Translations under genes and position numbers: made by a program
The notes under the pieces: generated by a model
The model's input: only the letters and a program-made list of their open reading frames with translations
Database searches by the model: none
Told to the model about the DNA's origin: nothing
NCBI GenBank assembly: GCA_934365195.1
Contig: CAKRNA010000003.1
Span: 183,804-247,803, forward strand
Source of the DNA: an uncultured Clostridia bacterium
GTDB lineage: Bacteria; Bacillota; Clostridia; Christensenellales; CAAEEZ01
Reading direction: 5' to 3'
DNA: 64,000 nt
In this document: piece by piece, positions 48,008 through 58,849 of the stretch
Numbering within the stretch: the stretch's first letter is position 1
How the letters are laid out: every line of letters begins with the position of its first letter

Positions 48008-49828
48008 CTATTCCCCTTTTATCGCTTTAAGCAAAACAAAATCTTCGTTTTTAACGTCGATTTCGTCGCCTTTAATATATATTCTGCCCGTAAATAAATC
48101 CTCATAGCCCTCATTTAGCAGATATTTATCATCTTTTCCGCTGTTGTTTACAATCACTTTTACGTTATCTCTGTCGTAAACTATCATATCGCAGTCGTAG
48201 TCAAAACTAATGCCCTTTGTGTCGGCTAGGTTCTCGTTATGAATTTTGCCCATCTTTACGTAGAAGTCGTGTAAAGCCTCGTCCTTAGCAACAAACGGCA
48301 CTCGTGACAGAGGATCGTCCCAGCCCGTTAGCCCTTGCTCGTCGCCGTAAAACACCGTTGGAGAGCCTATTAAGGTGTATTGCATTACTACGCCGAGTTT
48401 TAATAGTCTAACCGCATTTTCGTACTCTTCGTCCGTGAACTTGTACGCTTGTCTTTCAGCTTCGGTCATTTTGCTTACGTTCACCTTGGACAAAACGTTG
48501 ATGATTCTGTACGTGTCGTGAGAGTCTAGCATCGTTAAAGAAACTTCCAAAGAAGAGGTAGGATAGTTGTTGATAATAGAGCAAACAACCTCCATAAAAT
48601 CCTCCTTTTCCCCCGTTAGTAAGTAGCCGATTATTGCGTCTTTTACGGGGTAGTTCATCACTCCGTCAAGTTGACCTCCTAGTAAGTACGGTCTTCTTGT
48701 AGAGTAACTAACCTTGGTGGTTGCGTCCTCCCACACCTCGCCGATAATTACCGCATCTTCGTTAATAGATTTCACCTTTTGCCTAATTTTGTCAACGAAA
48801 AACTCGGGAAGTTCGTCCGCTACGTCCAGCCTCCAACCGCTAATACCCTTTTTCGTCCACTTGTCTAATACCTCGTCGAAAATTAGGTGCTGATAACTAG
48901 GCGACTTCTTGTTAGTCACGGTAGGAACGACCGTGCACCCCCACCAGCAAGCGTACTTATCGGGAAAACTTGAAAAAGAGTACCAGTCGTAGTACTTAGA
49001 GGATTTGTCGTTATACGCACCCACGCTGTCGTAAGTTTTGTTTTTGTTAAAGTACAAACTGTCGCTACCCGTGTGGTTAAACACCCCGTCCAGCATTACG
49101 CCGATGCCACGCTTTTTCGCCTCAAAAATAAGTTCGTCAAAGTCCGCCTCGCTGCCCAGTAATTCGTCTATTTTCATATAGTCGCCCGTGTCGTAGCGGT
49201 GATTACTGCTCGACTTAAAGATAGGCGACAAGTAGATATTTTTTACGCCAAGTTCTTTGATATAATCTAGTTTTTGGGTAATACCCGATAGGTTACCTTT
49301 GTAAAAATCGTTTGCCCTGTACACCCCGTCGCTATCCACGATAGTTAGAGGCTCGTCCCAGCGCTTTTCCACGCCGTTTTTTGTAAAAGGCAACTTTTTA
49401 CCCACGTTAAACCTATCCACAAATATTTGATAAGTAATATTGTTTTTTCTCGCATTCGGTACTTTATACCCTTGTTTTGACACCGTTAACTGCCATTCCG
49501 GTAAAAAGTCCTGTATTTTCGCTCTTTGATTACTATCCCTTCCGACAAACCTGATTCCGCTACTAACGTCTATCTCAAAGCGGTAATAGTAGATACCTTC
49601 CTTCCCCACGGTAAAGGTTAGTTCGAATATATCGTAGCCAAACTCCTCGCCCGTTTTTATAAAATTAAAGTTCTCGCCCTCGCTACTATCGATAAACCTC
49701 AGCACCATACGTAAACCTAATGCGTTTTCCGTTTTGCTTACTTTTACACGCAAAAATACGGGGCTACTTGTGTAAACAGCCCCGATAGGATTTTTGTCGA
49801 TAAGAGAATTAAAAATTATCCTCTCCAT
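48008..49828 (-). CDS. GH13 alpha-amylase-family enzyme (neopullulanase/cyclomaltodextrinase-like)
   Basis: DGVFNH, GWRLDVADE, EVWE and LDSHD conserved regions I-IV. Start at 49828 with a TAATG overlap onto glgP. Confidence 0.85.
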   Translation of the reverse strand: MERIIFNSLIDKNPIGAVYTSSPVFLRVKVSKTENALGLRMVLRFIDSSEGENFNFIKTGEEFGYDIFELTFTVGKEGIYYYRFEIDVSSGIRFVGRDSNQRAKIQDFLPEWQLTVSKQGYKVPNARKNNITYQIFVDRFNVGKKLPFTKNGVEKRWDEPLTIVDSDGVYRANDFYKGNLSGITQKLDYIKELGVKNIYLSPIFKSSSNHRYDTGDYMKIDELLGSEADFDELIFEAKKRGIGVMLDGVFNHTGSDSLYFNKNKTYDSVGAYNDKSSKYYDWYSFSSFPDKYACWWGCTVVPTVTNKKSPSYQHLIFDEVLDKWTKKGISGWRLDVADELPEFFVDKIRQKVKSINEDAVIIGEVWEDATTKVSYSTRRPYLLGGQLDGVMNYPVKDAIIGYLLTGEKEDFMEVVCSIINNYPTSSLEVSLTMLDSHDTYRIINVLSKVNVSKMTEAERQAYKFTDEEYENAVRLLKLGVVMQYTLIGSPTVFYGDEQGLTGWDDPLSRVPFVAKDEALHDFYVKMGKIHNENLADTKGISFDYDCDMIVYDRDNVKVIVNNSGKDDKYLLNEGYEDLFTGRIYIKGDEIDVKNEDFVLLKAIKGE

Positions 49829-52242
49829 TATTTTCTTGTAACAGGAGTTAAGTTCCAAATTCTGTCGGCATATTCTTTTACCGCTCTATCGCTAGAGAAG
49901 AAACCTGCCTTTGCAATATTGATTAAACTCATTCTTTGGAATTTTTCTTTATCCAAATAGGTCTTTGTTAGGTCGTTTTGCCTGTTCTTGTAACTTTCAA
50001 AGTCCGCTAAGCATAGGTACGGATCTTTAAATAGCAAGTAGTCCGCAATCTCGCCAAAGTTCGTGTTGTTCACGCCGTTTCTAAGTTCCGATATCACACG
50101 TTTTAGGCTGTCGCTTTCGTTGTAGTATTTGGTTGGGTTGTAGCCCTCGGCATACAACTTGTTTACTTGCTCAGTTAGTAAGCCGAAGATAAACATATTC
50201 TCCTCGCCAACAGCCTCTGCAATCTCCACGTTTGCGCCGTCCATAGTGCCGATGGTTACCGCTCCGTTTATCATAAACTTCATATTGCCCGTGCCCGACG
50301 CCTCTTTACCTGCCACCGATATTTGCTCGCTAACTTCGGACGCAGGCATAATCCTTTCTGCTAGGCTAACCGAATAGTTTTCCAAAAATACTACTTTTAG
50401 TTTGTCGTTTATGCTCTTGTCGTTGTTGATTACCTCGCCAAGCATTACTATAAGCCTAATAATTTGCTTTGCCATATAGTAACTAGACGCAGCCTTAGCG
50501 CTGAAAATGTACACCTTTGGCACGATATCCATATTAGGATTATCTTTTAGCATATAGTAAGTGTCCATAATATTTAATACGTTTAGTAGTTGTCTCTTGT
50601 ACTCGTGCAACCTCTTTACTTGTACGTCGAATATTGCGTTAGGGCTAACTAGCACGCCGTTTTGCTCGTAAATAAAGTTTGCTAAATCCTCTTTATTTGC
50701 AAGTTTTATCTTGGCAAGTTCGTCCAAAACCTTTTTATCGCCTTGGTACTTCAACAGTTTTTCCAGTTCCTCGGACTTAGTCATAAAGCCATCACCGATA
50801 AGTTCCGTAATAAGTTTGGTTAGCCTTGGATTAGCAACTTTTAGCCACCTTCTGTGCGTAATGCCGTTCGTTACGTTGGTGAATTTTTCCGGCGCTATAG
50901 AATAATAGTCCTTAAACACGTCCTTTTTCAAAATCTCGGAGTGTAGCATAGACACGCCGTTGATTTTGTGCGATGCTGCAAGGCATAGATTTGCCATTTT
51001 GATTTGTTCGTACGAGATAATAGCGTTGTTTGCCACCTTCTCGTTATCGTTTGTAAAATGTTGCCACAATACTTCGCAATATCTACGGTTGATTTCCTCG
51101 ATAATTTGATAAATTCTCGGTAGTAAGGTCTTGAATAACGATATAGGCCACTTTTCAAGCGCCTCGCTCATAACGGTGTGGTTGGTGTAAGAAGTTGCGT
51201 TTGTAACGATTTCCCAAGCCTTATCCCAGTCGTAGTCGTACTCGTCAACAAGCAACCTCATAAGTTCGGGAATGCAAAGCGTAGGGTGAGTATCGTTAAT
51301 GTGGATTGCCACCTTATCCGCTAGGTTATCCAGCGTTTTGTACGCCTTTAAGTGCCTGTTGATAATGTATTGCATAGATGCGGATACAAAGAAGTATTGT
51401 TGCTTTAATCTTAAAGATTTTCCTTCGTAATTGTTGTCGGCAGGATACAAAACCTTACTGATACTTTCAGCCATAGCCTTTTCTTCCATAGCCTTTACGT
51501 ACTCTCCTTGCGAGAATAGTTTCATATCGAATGCGTTTCTTGCCTCAGCCGACCAAAGCCTTAGTTTGTTTACGGCAAAGTCGTTGTAACCTGATATATT
51601 CATATCATAAGGCACAGCCTTTATCGTGGTGTAGCCGGTATGCTCCACCCTAAGTTTGCCGTTTTCCCAATGTTGCTTTACCGTGCCGCCAAGTCTTACG
51701 TCTAACGTGCCTTCAGGACGAGGTGCAAGCCATACCGAGCCGTTTTTTAGCCACTCGTCCGGCATTTCTATTTGCCAGCCGTCCACTATCTTTTGCTTGA
51801 AGATACCGTAGTCGTACCTAATACTAAAACCCGACGCTACGTATCCTAGCGAGGTCAAACTTTCCATATAAGCAGCAGCAAGCCTACCAAGACCTCCGTT
51901 ACCTAAGCCTGCGTCCGGCTCTAATTCGTACAAGTCGTCGATATCATAGCCTAATTTTTTTACAACCTTAGTAAATACGTCGGTCATCTCCATATTTGCA
52001 AGGTGGTTTTTTAGCGACCTACCTAGCAAAAACTCCATAGACATATAATATACTCTCTTTTGTTCTTCCTCTCTTACTTGCCTTTTAAATACTAGCCTGC
52101 GGTTTGTTAAAATATCCTTAACAACCGAACATACTGCTTGGTATAATTGATTTTTGCTTACCTCTTGCGGTGTTTTACCAAAGTATCTCGCTGTATTTTC
52201 AGCAAGCCTTTCTTCGATTTCTTTTGCTGTAATTTTGTCCAT
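49828..52242 (-). CDS. glgP: glycogen/alpha-glucan phosphorylase
   Basis: 804 aa with GLGNGGLGRLAA and EASGTGNMKF (PLP lysine) motifs. Confidence 0.95.
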   Translation of the reverse strand: MDKITAKEIEERLAENTARYFGKTPQEVSKNQLYQAVCSVVKDILTNRRLVFKRQVREEEQKRVYYMSMEFLLGRSLKNHLANMEMTDVFTKVVKKLGYDIDDLYELEPDAGLGNGGLGRLAAAYMESLTSLGYVASGFSIRYDYGIFKQKIVDGWQIEMPDEWLKNGSVWLAPRPEGTLDVRLGGTVKQHWENGKLRVEHTGYTTIKAVPYDMNISGYNDFAVNKLRLWSAEARNAFDMKLFSQGEYVKAMEEKAMAESISKVLYPADNNYEGKSLRLKQQYFFVSASMQYIINRHLKAYKTLDNLADKVAIHINDTHPTLCIPELMRLLVDEYDYDWDKAWEIVTNATSYTNHTVMSEALEKWPISLFKTLLPRIYQIIEEINRRYCEVLWQHFTNDNEKVANNAIISYEQIKMANLCLAASHKINGVSMLHSEILKKDVFKDYYSIAPEKFTNVTNGITHRRWLKVANPRLTKLITELIGDGFMTKSEELEKLLKYQGDKKVLDELAKIKLANKEDLANFIYEQNGVLVSPNAIFDVQVKRLHEYKRQLLNVLNIMDTYYMLKDNPNMDIVPKVYIFSAKAASSYYMAKQIIRLIVMLGEVINNDKSINDKLKVVFLENYSVSLAERIMPASEVSEQISVAGKEASGTGNMKFMINGAVTIGTMDGANVEIAEAVGEENMFIFGLLTEQVNKLYAEGYNPTKYYNESDSLKRVISELRNGVNNTNFGEIADYLLFKDPYLCLADFESYKNRQNDLTKTYLDKEKFQRMSLINIAKAGFFSSDRAVKEYADRIWNLTPVTRK

Positions 52243-52257
52243 AAATCTCCTAGTTTA

Positions 52258-53682
52258 TTATTTGGTTATTTCGTCGTAAATCTCTACGTATTTTTTTGCC
52301 GAATTATCCCAACTGAAATCTTCTTTTGCCATATTCTTTTGTACTTGTTTGATTAGTTCCTTATCGAAGAACGCCCCAAACGACCTCCAAACCGCATCTA
52401 ACATATCGTAAGAATTAAAGGTTTTAAAGGTGAATCCTGTGCCCGTCTTTTTAACAGGGTTTATAGGTTTTACGGTGTCCACAAGTCCGCCCGTTTCCCT
52501 AACGACAGGGATAGTGCCGTAGCGCATTGCCACCATTTGACTTAGTCCGCAAGGCTCGAACTGGCTTGGCATCAAGAAAAAGTCGCTGCTTGCGTAAATT
52601 TTCGATGCAAGGTCTGTTGAGAAGTTGATAATTACTTTTAGTTTAGTTGGGTAAATCTCCGCCATAGCAGACAGCAAACTCTCGTACTTCCAGTCGCCCT
52701 GACCTAGTATTACAAGTTGCAAATCCGCCGATAGCATTTCCTCTAATCTTTCGCACACAAGGTCTAAGCCCTTTTGGTCGGTAAGCCTAGTAATCATAGC
52801 GTACATAGGCGTATTCTCGCTGTAAGGAAGGTTCAACATTTCGCAAAGTGCTTGCTTGTTTTTTGCCTTTCTTCCTATCGACCTAATCGTGTAGTTTTCC
52901 ACTAGCGCCTTGTCGGTTTTCGGGTTGAACACGTCAACGTCGATTCCGTTCACGATGCCACGTAGTTTGTAACTTCTTTCTTGTAAAATAGTGTCCAGCC
53001 CGAAACTATAATACGGATAGGTGATTTCGTGTGCGTAAGTTTCACTTACGGTAGTTACCATATTGCTGCATTCGATACCGCCTTTTAGGTAATTGCAGCA
53101 GTCATTATATTCTACTAATTTTTGGCTATTCTCGTCAAGTCCTAACATATCACCTGACAAAAATTTATCATATTGCCCTTGGAATTTAATATTGTGGATA
53201 GTTAGTACCGTCTTAGTGTTTTTGTATCCCTCGGTATTCCTATAAAATACGTCCAAAAATACGGGAACAAGCGAAGTTTGCCAGTCGTTACAATGAATAA
53301 CGTCCGGGTAAAAATCCGTAAGTGTAGCCACTTCTAAAATTGCTTTTGAGAAGAAAGCAAACCTTTCGCCGTCGTCAAAATGCCCGTAAATATTTTGCCT
53401 GTCAAAGTAGTACAAATTATCCAAGAAGTAGTAAACTACTCCGTCCATACTTAGTTCGTACAATCCGCAATACTGATTACGCCAAGCAAGGTTTACGTTT
53501 ATTGCGCCCCTTGAAATTGCCGTTCTAAGATATTTTTTATCTATGCTAGCGTACATAGGCATAATTACTCTTACGTCGTGCCCCATTTTAGCAAGTGATT
53601 TTGGCAAAGCGCCCGCTACGTCACCTAGTCCGCCCGTTTTAATAAACGGAGCAACTTCTGACGAACAAAATAGTATTTTCAT
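52258..53682 (-). CDS. glgA: glycogen synthase (ADP-glucose type)
   Basis: 474 aa with the N-terminal KTGGLGDV motif. Confidence 0.95.
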   Translation of the reverse strand: MKILFCSSEVAPFIKTGGLGDVAGALPKSLAKMGHDVRVIMPMYASIDKKYLRTAISRGAINVNLAWRNQYCGLYELSMDGVVYYFLDNLYYFDRQNIYGHFDDGERFAFFSKAILEVATLTDFYPDVIHCNDWQTSLVPVFLDVFYRNTEGYKNTKTVLTIHNIKFQGQYDKFLSGDMLGLDENSQKLVEYNDCCNYLKGGIECSNMVTTVSETYAHEITYPYYSFGLDTILQERSYKLRGIVNGIDVDVFNPKTDKALVENYTIRSIGRKAKNKQALCEMLNLPYSENTPMYAMITRLTDQKGLDLVCERLEEMLSADLQLVILGQGDWKYESLLSAMAEIYPTKLKVIINFSTDLASKIYASSDFFLMPSQFEPCGLSQMVAMRYGTIPVVRETGGLVDTVKPINPVKKTGTGFTFKTFNSYDMLDAVWRSFGAFFDKELIKQVQKNMAKEDFSWDNSAKKYVEIYDEITK

Positions 53683-53692
53683 ATATACCTCC

Positions 53693-54805
53693 TTATACCG
53701 TCTTATCCTTTGCGATTGCTATAGGATAACTCTCGTGTCCCGATAGGTTTCTACCGCTCTTAATCACAACGTTTTTATCGGTGATTGTGTAGTTTATGCT
53801 GGAATCCGTCATAATTAGTCCCTTTTGCATTACGATAGAGTTTTGAACAACTGCGCCCTTTTCTACTGTGACGCCTCTGAATAAAATAGAGTTTTCTACC
53901 ACGCCGTCGATTACGCAACCATCTGCAATTAGCGAGTTTTTAACTACTGCGTTTTCCTTATATACGGTAGGGGCGCTGTCCATAACCTTGGTAAGCACCT
54001 TGCCGTTGGTTTCGAAAATCTCTTTTCTTAGGTTGTAATCTAGCATATCCATACTGGTGTCGTAGTAGGTTTTGATATGGTCGATAACGCTTACGTACCC
54101 ATCGGTGTAATAGGTGTTGATAAACATATTGTTTACGTTGTTTAGGATAATGTATTTTTCAAAATCCATTTGACCTCTTGCGTACGCATCGTCCACTAAT
54201 TTTATCAAAAATTCCTTTTCGATTACGTACACTTTTAGGTTTACGAGTTTTTCGTTATTGTTTGGTACGGTGGTTAGCATCATATCCGTCAGTCTACCGT
54301 TTTCGTCCACCGACACGATATTAGAGTTTGCGTACATATTAGTGGTTTTGTAAGTAACCATAGTGATGTCCGCACCGCTCTCTTCGTGCTTTTCCACAAT
54401 ATCCTCGAAGTCCAGCCTGCAAATAATATTAGACGGAGTAAGTACCACGTACTTTTCCTTTCTCTTGTTTAGGTAGTTTTTGATGCCGTAAAGCGCCTCA
54501 ACCGTGCCTTGATAACTGGTGCTGTTATTTAATACGTACGGTGGGAACATTACTATTCCGCCGTTTTTTCTGGACAAATCCCAGTCCTTTCCAAGCCTAA
54601 TGTGGTCCATTAAAGAACTGTAATTACTTCTTGTGATTAGTCCTATTGATATTATGCCCGAATTAACCAAATTAGATAAGGTAAAGTCGATAATCCTATA
54701 CCTAGCGCAGAATGGTAAAGACGCCGTCGTTCTATGTATAGTCAATTCGTTTAGTTTGTTTTCTTGTTCTAGTGCGTACACAACGCCAATCGCATTTCCT
54801 ATCAT
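53693..54805 (-). CDS. glgD: glucose-1-phosphate adenylyltransferase regulatory subunit GlgD
   Basis: 370 aa paralogue of GlgC lacking the GGxGxRL motif. Canonical position after glgC. Confidence 0.85.
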   Translation of the reverse strand: MIGNAIGVVYALEQENKLNELTIHRTTASLPFCARYRIIDFTLSNLVNSGIISIGLITRSNYSSLMDHIRLGKDWDLSRKNGGIVMFPPYVLNNSTSYQGTVEALYGIKNYLNKRKEKYVVLTPSNIICRLDFEDIVEKHEESGADITMVTYKTTNMYANSNIVSVDENGRLTDMMLTTVPNNNEKLVNLKVYVIEKEFLIKLVDDAYARGQMDFEKYIILNNVNNMFINTYYTDGYVSVIDHIKTYYDTSMDMLDYNLRKEIFETNGKVLTKVMDSAPTVYKENAVVKNSLIADGCVIDGVVENSILFRGVTVEKGAVVQNSIVMQKGLIMTDSSINYTITDKNVVIKSGRNLSGHESYPIAIAKDKTV

Positions 54806-54807
54806 AA

Positions 54808-56004
54808 TTATTCTCCTATCATCTCGTCTTCTTTTACCACCGTGCCTTGTGGCAACTTAACCTTAGAGCCCACAACCGCTATCTTCCACTCACCGTTTAC
54901 GCAATGACCTTCCGGGCTACCTACTTTTGCTTTTTTGCCAACGTGTGCGTTAGAGCCTATTATAGAGTAGTTGACCTCTGCATCCTCGTCGATAATAGCG
55001 TTGTTGAAGATTACGCTGTTTTTAACCTTTGCACCCTTAGCGATAATTGCGCCCCTGAATATTACGCTGTTTTCCACGTCGCCGTCTATGTAACCGCCCT
55101 CTGATATAGCGGAGTTTTTAATGGTGGCGTTGTTGCCTACGTAATGCGGGGTTTCAGCCATATTCCTTGCGTAGATTTTCCACGAATTGTCCGATAGGTT
55201 TAGCCCGCTATTCGGATCAAGTACGTCCATATTAGCCTCCCACAAGGACGATATCGTTCCAACGTCCTTCCAGTAGCCGCTAAAATCGTAACTATATAGT
55301 TTTTCGCCGTTTTCCAGCATTTTAGGAATAATGTTTTTACCAAAGTCGTTAGAACTGGTTTTGTCCTCTTCGTCCATCTCTAAGTACTTTTTAAGTACAG
55401 GCCAGTTGTAGATATATATTCCCATAGAGGCTTTCGTGCTTTTCGGTTGCTTTGGCTTTTCCTCAAATTCGTAAATTTTGCCGTCTTTATCGGTGTTCAT
55501 AATACCGAACCTACTTGCCTCCTCCAAAGGAACGTTGATAACGGCTATCGTACAATCCGCACCCTTCTCTTTGTGTTGGTCAAGCATTAGTTCGTAATTC
55601 ATTTTGTAGATATGGTCGCCCGATAAGATTAAAACGTACTCCGGGTTGAACCTATCTATAAATTGTATGTTTTGATAAATAGCGTTAGCAGTACCTTTGT
55701 ACCACTCGCCTGCTTTTGCTTTCATATAAGGAGGCAAAACGTAAGCGCCGCCGTTTATTCTATCTAAGTCCCAAGGCTGTCCGTTGCCTATGTATTGATT
55801 TAATTCAAACGGTTGGTATTGCGTAAGTACGCCCACCGTATCTATACCGGAATTTATGCAGTTAGATAACGTAAAATCGATTATCCTATACTTTGCTCCA
55901 AACGGAACTGCCGGTTTTGCAACGTTTTGAGTAAGCACGCCAAGTCTTGTACCTTGACCGCCTGCAAGCAACATTGCTACGCATTCTTTACTATTGTTAT
56001 ACAT
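54808..56004 (-). CDS. glgC: glucose-1-phosphate adenylyltransferase
   Basis: LAGGQGTRL motif and a C-terminal left-handed beta-helix. Confidence 0.95.
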   Translation of the reverse strand: MYNNSKECVAMLLAGGQGTRLGVLTQNVAKPAVPFGAKYRIIDFTLSNCINSGIDTVGVLTQYQPFELNQYIGNGQPWDLDRINGGAYVLPPYMKAKAGEWYKGTANAIYQNIQFIDRFNPEYVLILSGDHIYKMNYELMLDQHKEKGADCTIAVINVPLEEASRFGIMNTDKDGKIYEFEEKPKQPKSTKASMGIYIYNWPVLKKYLEMDEEDKTSSNDFGKNIIPKMLENGEKLYSYDFSGYWKDVGTISSLWEANMDVLDPNSGLNLSDNSWKIYARNMAETPHYVGNNATIKNSAISEGGYIDGDVENSVIFRGAIIAKGAKVKNSVIFNNAIIDEDAEVNYSIIGSNAHVGKKAKVGSPEGHCVNGEWKIAVVGSKVKLPQGTVVKEDEMIGE

Positions 56005-57895
56005 TCCCCTCTTTCCTCCTTAAAATCGTTACGCTGTTTTTAGGAATCAGCATTTTTATACTTTGATTTTGATTGTGATATTTAAATTTGCGTGGTTTGT
56101 AACTTGCCTTGCCCTCTTTTACGCTGCCGTATTTTGCCTTGTCGCTGGAAAATACCACTTCGTACTCGGCAAATTCAGGAACGCCAAGGACGTAATTTTT
56201 CCTAGTTACCGGCGAGAAGTTTATCACCACCACGTAATAGTCGCCGTTTTTCGCATACCTAGTATATGCAATAATGTTTTGCGTTTTGTCCTCCACCACC
56301 AGCCAATTAAAGCCAAGATAACAGGTATCCTGCTCGTACAGGCAAGGTGAAGAAATATATAATTCGTTTAAATCCTTTACAAACCTTTGGAATTTAGCGT
56401 GCATAGGATAGTCAAGAAGCAGCCAGTCCAAGCCTTTCTTGTAATCCCACTCTATAAACTGCGCAAACTCGTTGCCCATAAAGGACAATTTTTTGCCAAC
56501 GAAGGTCATAAAGTAGCCGTACAAAGCCTTTAAACTTTCAAACTTTTGCGTGTAGTCGCCGTAATTTTTGCCTATAAGCGACTTTTTGCCGTGCACCACC
56601 TCGTCGTGAGAAAGTGGCAAAATAAAGTTCTCGCTGTAAGCATACGTAAGCGAAAAAGTAAGTTTATTGTGGTTATCCTTCCTGAAAAACGGATCGGTTT
56701 CGATATAACTTAAAGTGTCGTTCATCCAACCCATATTCCACTTGTAGTTAAAGCCAAGCCCTCCGTCGTAACTAGGCTTTGTAACCATAGGAAAACTTGT
56801 GGACTCCTCTGCAATAGTTATTACGCCCGTACCCTCTTGAAGCACCACTTTGTTCATATTCTGCAAAAATTTAATCGCATCATGGTTGTAGTTGCCTCCC
56901 TCACGGTTAGGCTTCCATTCCCCTTCCTTTTTGTCGTAGTCAAGGTAGAGCATACTAGCCACGGCGTCCACCCTAAGCCCGTCGATATGATATACGTCCG
57001 TCCAGAACTTTGCAGAGGAAATCAAGAAACTTTGAACCTCCGGCTTAGAATAATCGAACACCTTCGTGCCCCACTCCTTATGCTCCATCCATTCCTCGTC
57101 GTACTCGTACATAGACGTGCCGTCAAAATTGCTTAGACCGTGCTTATCCTTAGGAAAATGCGACACAACCCAGTCAAGTATTACGCCGATATTATTCTCG
57201 TGGCACTTATCCACAAGGTACATAAAATCGCTAGGCGTTCCGTACCTACTGGTTGGCGCAAATAAGCCCGTGATTTGATACCCCCAAGAGCCGTCGAAAG
57301 GATACTCCGTTATCGGCAACAACTCGATATGAGTGTAATGCATTGACTTGCAGTAAGCGACGATTTGGTTTGCAAACTCTCTGTAACTAAACACGTTGCC
57401 GTCGTCGTACCTACGCCACGAACCGATATGCACTTCGTAAATGTTCATAGGGTTTACGTAAGTATCGGTTTTTGCCCTCTTTTCCAGCCACTTTTTGTCG
57501 TGCCAGCGATAACCGGACAAGTCGTACAATTTACTTGCGGTACTAGGTGCTGTTTCAGCGTGTAATGCGTAAGGATCTGCCTTAAAAACTATCTCCCCCT
57601 TGTAATCCTCGATTGCATACTTATAGTTGTCGAACTCTTTTAAGCCCTCGACAAACAACCTGAAAATACCTTGGTCGCTGATTTTTTCCATAAAGTTTTT
57701 GCTGTCGTCCCAGCCGTTAAAATCGCCCACCAGCCTTACTGATTTTGCGTTTTTAGCGTACACGGTAAATTCCCACCCCGCTTTTTTGTTTAAAACCGTG
57801 CGACGTGGCGAAAAAAACTTGTAGGCCTCGTAATTAGTGCCTTGAAAAAATAAATAAATCGGAATCTCGTCCTTCTTACGAATTAAATCTTTCAT
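55997..57895 (-). CDS. glgB: 1,4-alpha-glucan branching enzyme
   Basis: 632 aa GH13 with [18 protein letters not shown] and SHDE regions. Confidence 0.95.
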   Translation of the reverse strand: MKDLIRKKDEIPIYLFFQGTNYEAYKFFSPRRTVLNKKAGWEFTVYAKNAKSVRLVGDFNGWDDSKNFMEKISDQGIFRLFVEGLKEFDNYKYAIEDYKGEIVFKADPYALHAETAPSTASKLYDLSGYRWHDKKWLEKRAKTDTYVNPMNIYEVHIGSWRRYDDGNVFSYREFANQIVAYCKSMHYTHIELLPITEYPFDGSWGYQITGLFAPTSRYGTPSDFMYLVDKCHENNIGVILDWVVSHFPKDKHGLSNFDGTSMYEYDEEWMEHKEWGTKVFDYSKPEVQSFLISSAKFWTDVYHIDGLRVDAVASMLYLDYDKKEGEWKPNREGGNYNHDAIKFLQNMNKVVLQEGTGVITIAEESTSFPMVTKPSYDGGLGFNYKWNMGWMNDTLSYIETDPFFRKDNHNKLTFSLTYAYSENFILPLSHDEVVHGKKSLIGKNYGDYTQKFESLKALYGYFMTFVGKKLSFMGNEFAQFIEWDYKKGLDWLLLDYPMHAKFQRFVKDLNELYISSPCLYEQDTCYLGFNWLVVEDKTQNIIAYTRYAKNGDYYVVVINFSPVTRKNYVLGVPEFAEYEVVFSSDKAKYGSVKEGKASYKPRKFKYHNQNQSIKMLIPKNSVTILRRKEGNV

Positions 57896-57901
57896 AAGGT
57901 A

Positions 57902-57930
57902 ATTATAACAAAATAATTATCTTTATACAA
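57902..57930 (-). promoter_or_regulatory. extended -10 promoter positioned for a leaderless glgB mRNA
   Basis: Minus strand TTGTAT, 17 nt spacer ending in TGT, TATAAT, then only 6 nt (TACCTT) before the ATG. No SD. Confidence 0.4.
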
Positions 57931-58795
57931 TATCACTATCTAAAATTTCTATACCTTTATTTATAAAATTTACATAAAAAACACCAAATTTTCCGTTATT
58001 TAGCGTCAAAATCTCTTTTATTGCGGTTTTCGTGCTCTCCTCATCCGAAAAATATCCCAAAACTCCGCTACCGCTACCCGTCATAAACGCCTTGCCGCCC
58101 ACCTTTTCTATCAGCGCAATTTTTTCATCGATTAGCGGGTTTAATCTTGACGAACTATCGTAAAGTGCGTTGCAAAAATGCTCGCTAGCCCCGTCGTTAT
58201 CGCCTTTAATTAGTTTTTTAACTAGGCTTTTGTTGTCAAACCTATTGTAGCCGTAAGAGTAGGTTTTGTAACTTTTGGCAGTATCCACGCCCTCGCTATC
58301 GGTAAGCAAAGCAAAACAAAGAGGCTTGGTGTAAATCTCGGTAGATATCACCTCACCAACGCCGCTAACTCGCCTAGTTCCGCCGTAAAGCATAAACTTA
58401 ACGTCGCTACCCACCTTGGCTAAGTCCTCGTCCAAAATATCCTCCACCTCTAAGCCGTTCATTTTTGCCATACCGAAAATCACCCCCGAGGCATCGGCAG
58501 ACGAGCCCCCAAGCCCGCTTTTTTCGGGGATATTTTTCTCTATATAAATATCCGCACCTTTTAGTCCGTACCTTTTCACCATCATTTCGGCGGATTTTTT
58601 TGCAATATCATTTTCGTAACTTCTTTTATCAAAATATTCCACGGTTATCTTATCGTCGCAACGCTTGTTTAAAGTTATCACGTCAAAAAGCGACACCGAC
58701 GAAAAAACGGAGTCTAACAAATGATACCCGTCCTCTCTTTTACCCGTAATATCTAGTGACAAATTGATTTTTGCATATACTTTTAGTTTCAACAT
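57923..58795 (-). CDS. ispE: 4-diphosphocytidyl-2-C-methyl-D-erythritol kinase
   Basis: AKINLSLDITGKREDGYH and GLGGSSADA GHMP-kinase motifs. Start at MLKLKV (58795) with GAGG 7 nt upstream. The track ORF's 17-codon extension overlaps the promoter. Confidence 0.9.
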   Translation of the reverse strand: MLKLKVYAKINLSLDITGKREDGYHLLDSVFSSVSLFDVITLNKRCDDKITVEYFDKRSYENDIAKKSAEMMVKRYGLKGADIYIEKNIPEKSGLGGSSADASGVIFGMAKMNGLEVEDILDEDLAKVGSDVKFMLYGGTRRVSGVGEVISTEIYTKPLCFALLTDSEGVDTAKSYKTYSYGYNRFDNKSLVKKLIKGDNDGASEHFCNALYDSSSRLNPLIDEKIALIEKVGGKAFMTGSGSGVLGYFSDEESTKTAIKEILTLNNGKFGVFYVNFINKGIEILDSDIV

Positions 58796-58798
58796 AAA

Positions 58799-58846
58799 AT
58801 GACCTCGCATTGAGGTCATTATATAATATTTTGCCGTTTTTTTCAA
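58799..58846 (-). promoter_or_regulatory. ispE promoter overlapping an SD-containing hairpin
   Basis: Minus strand TTGAAA (58841-58846), 17 nt spacer, TATAAT (58818-58823). A perfect 8 bp hairpin ATGACCTC-AATGC-GAGGTCAT (58799-58819) is followed by TTT and the ATG. The SD GAGG lies in the 3' arm. Confidence 0.55.
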
Positions 58847-58849
58847 CTA

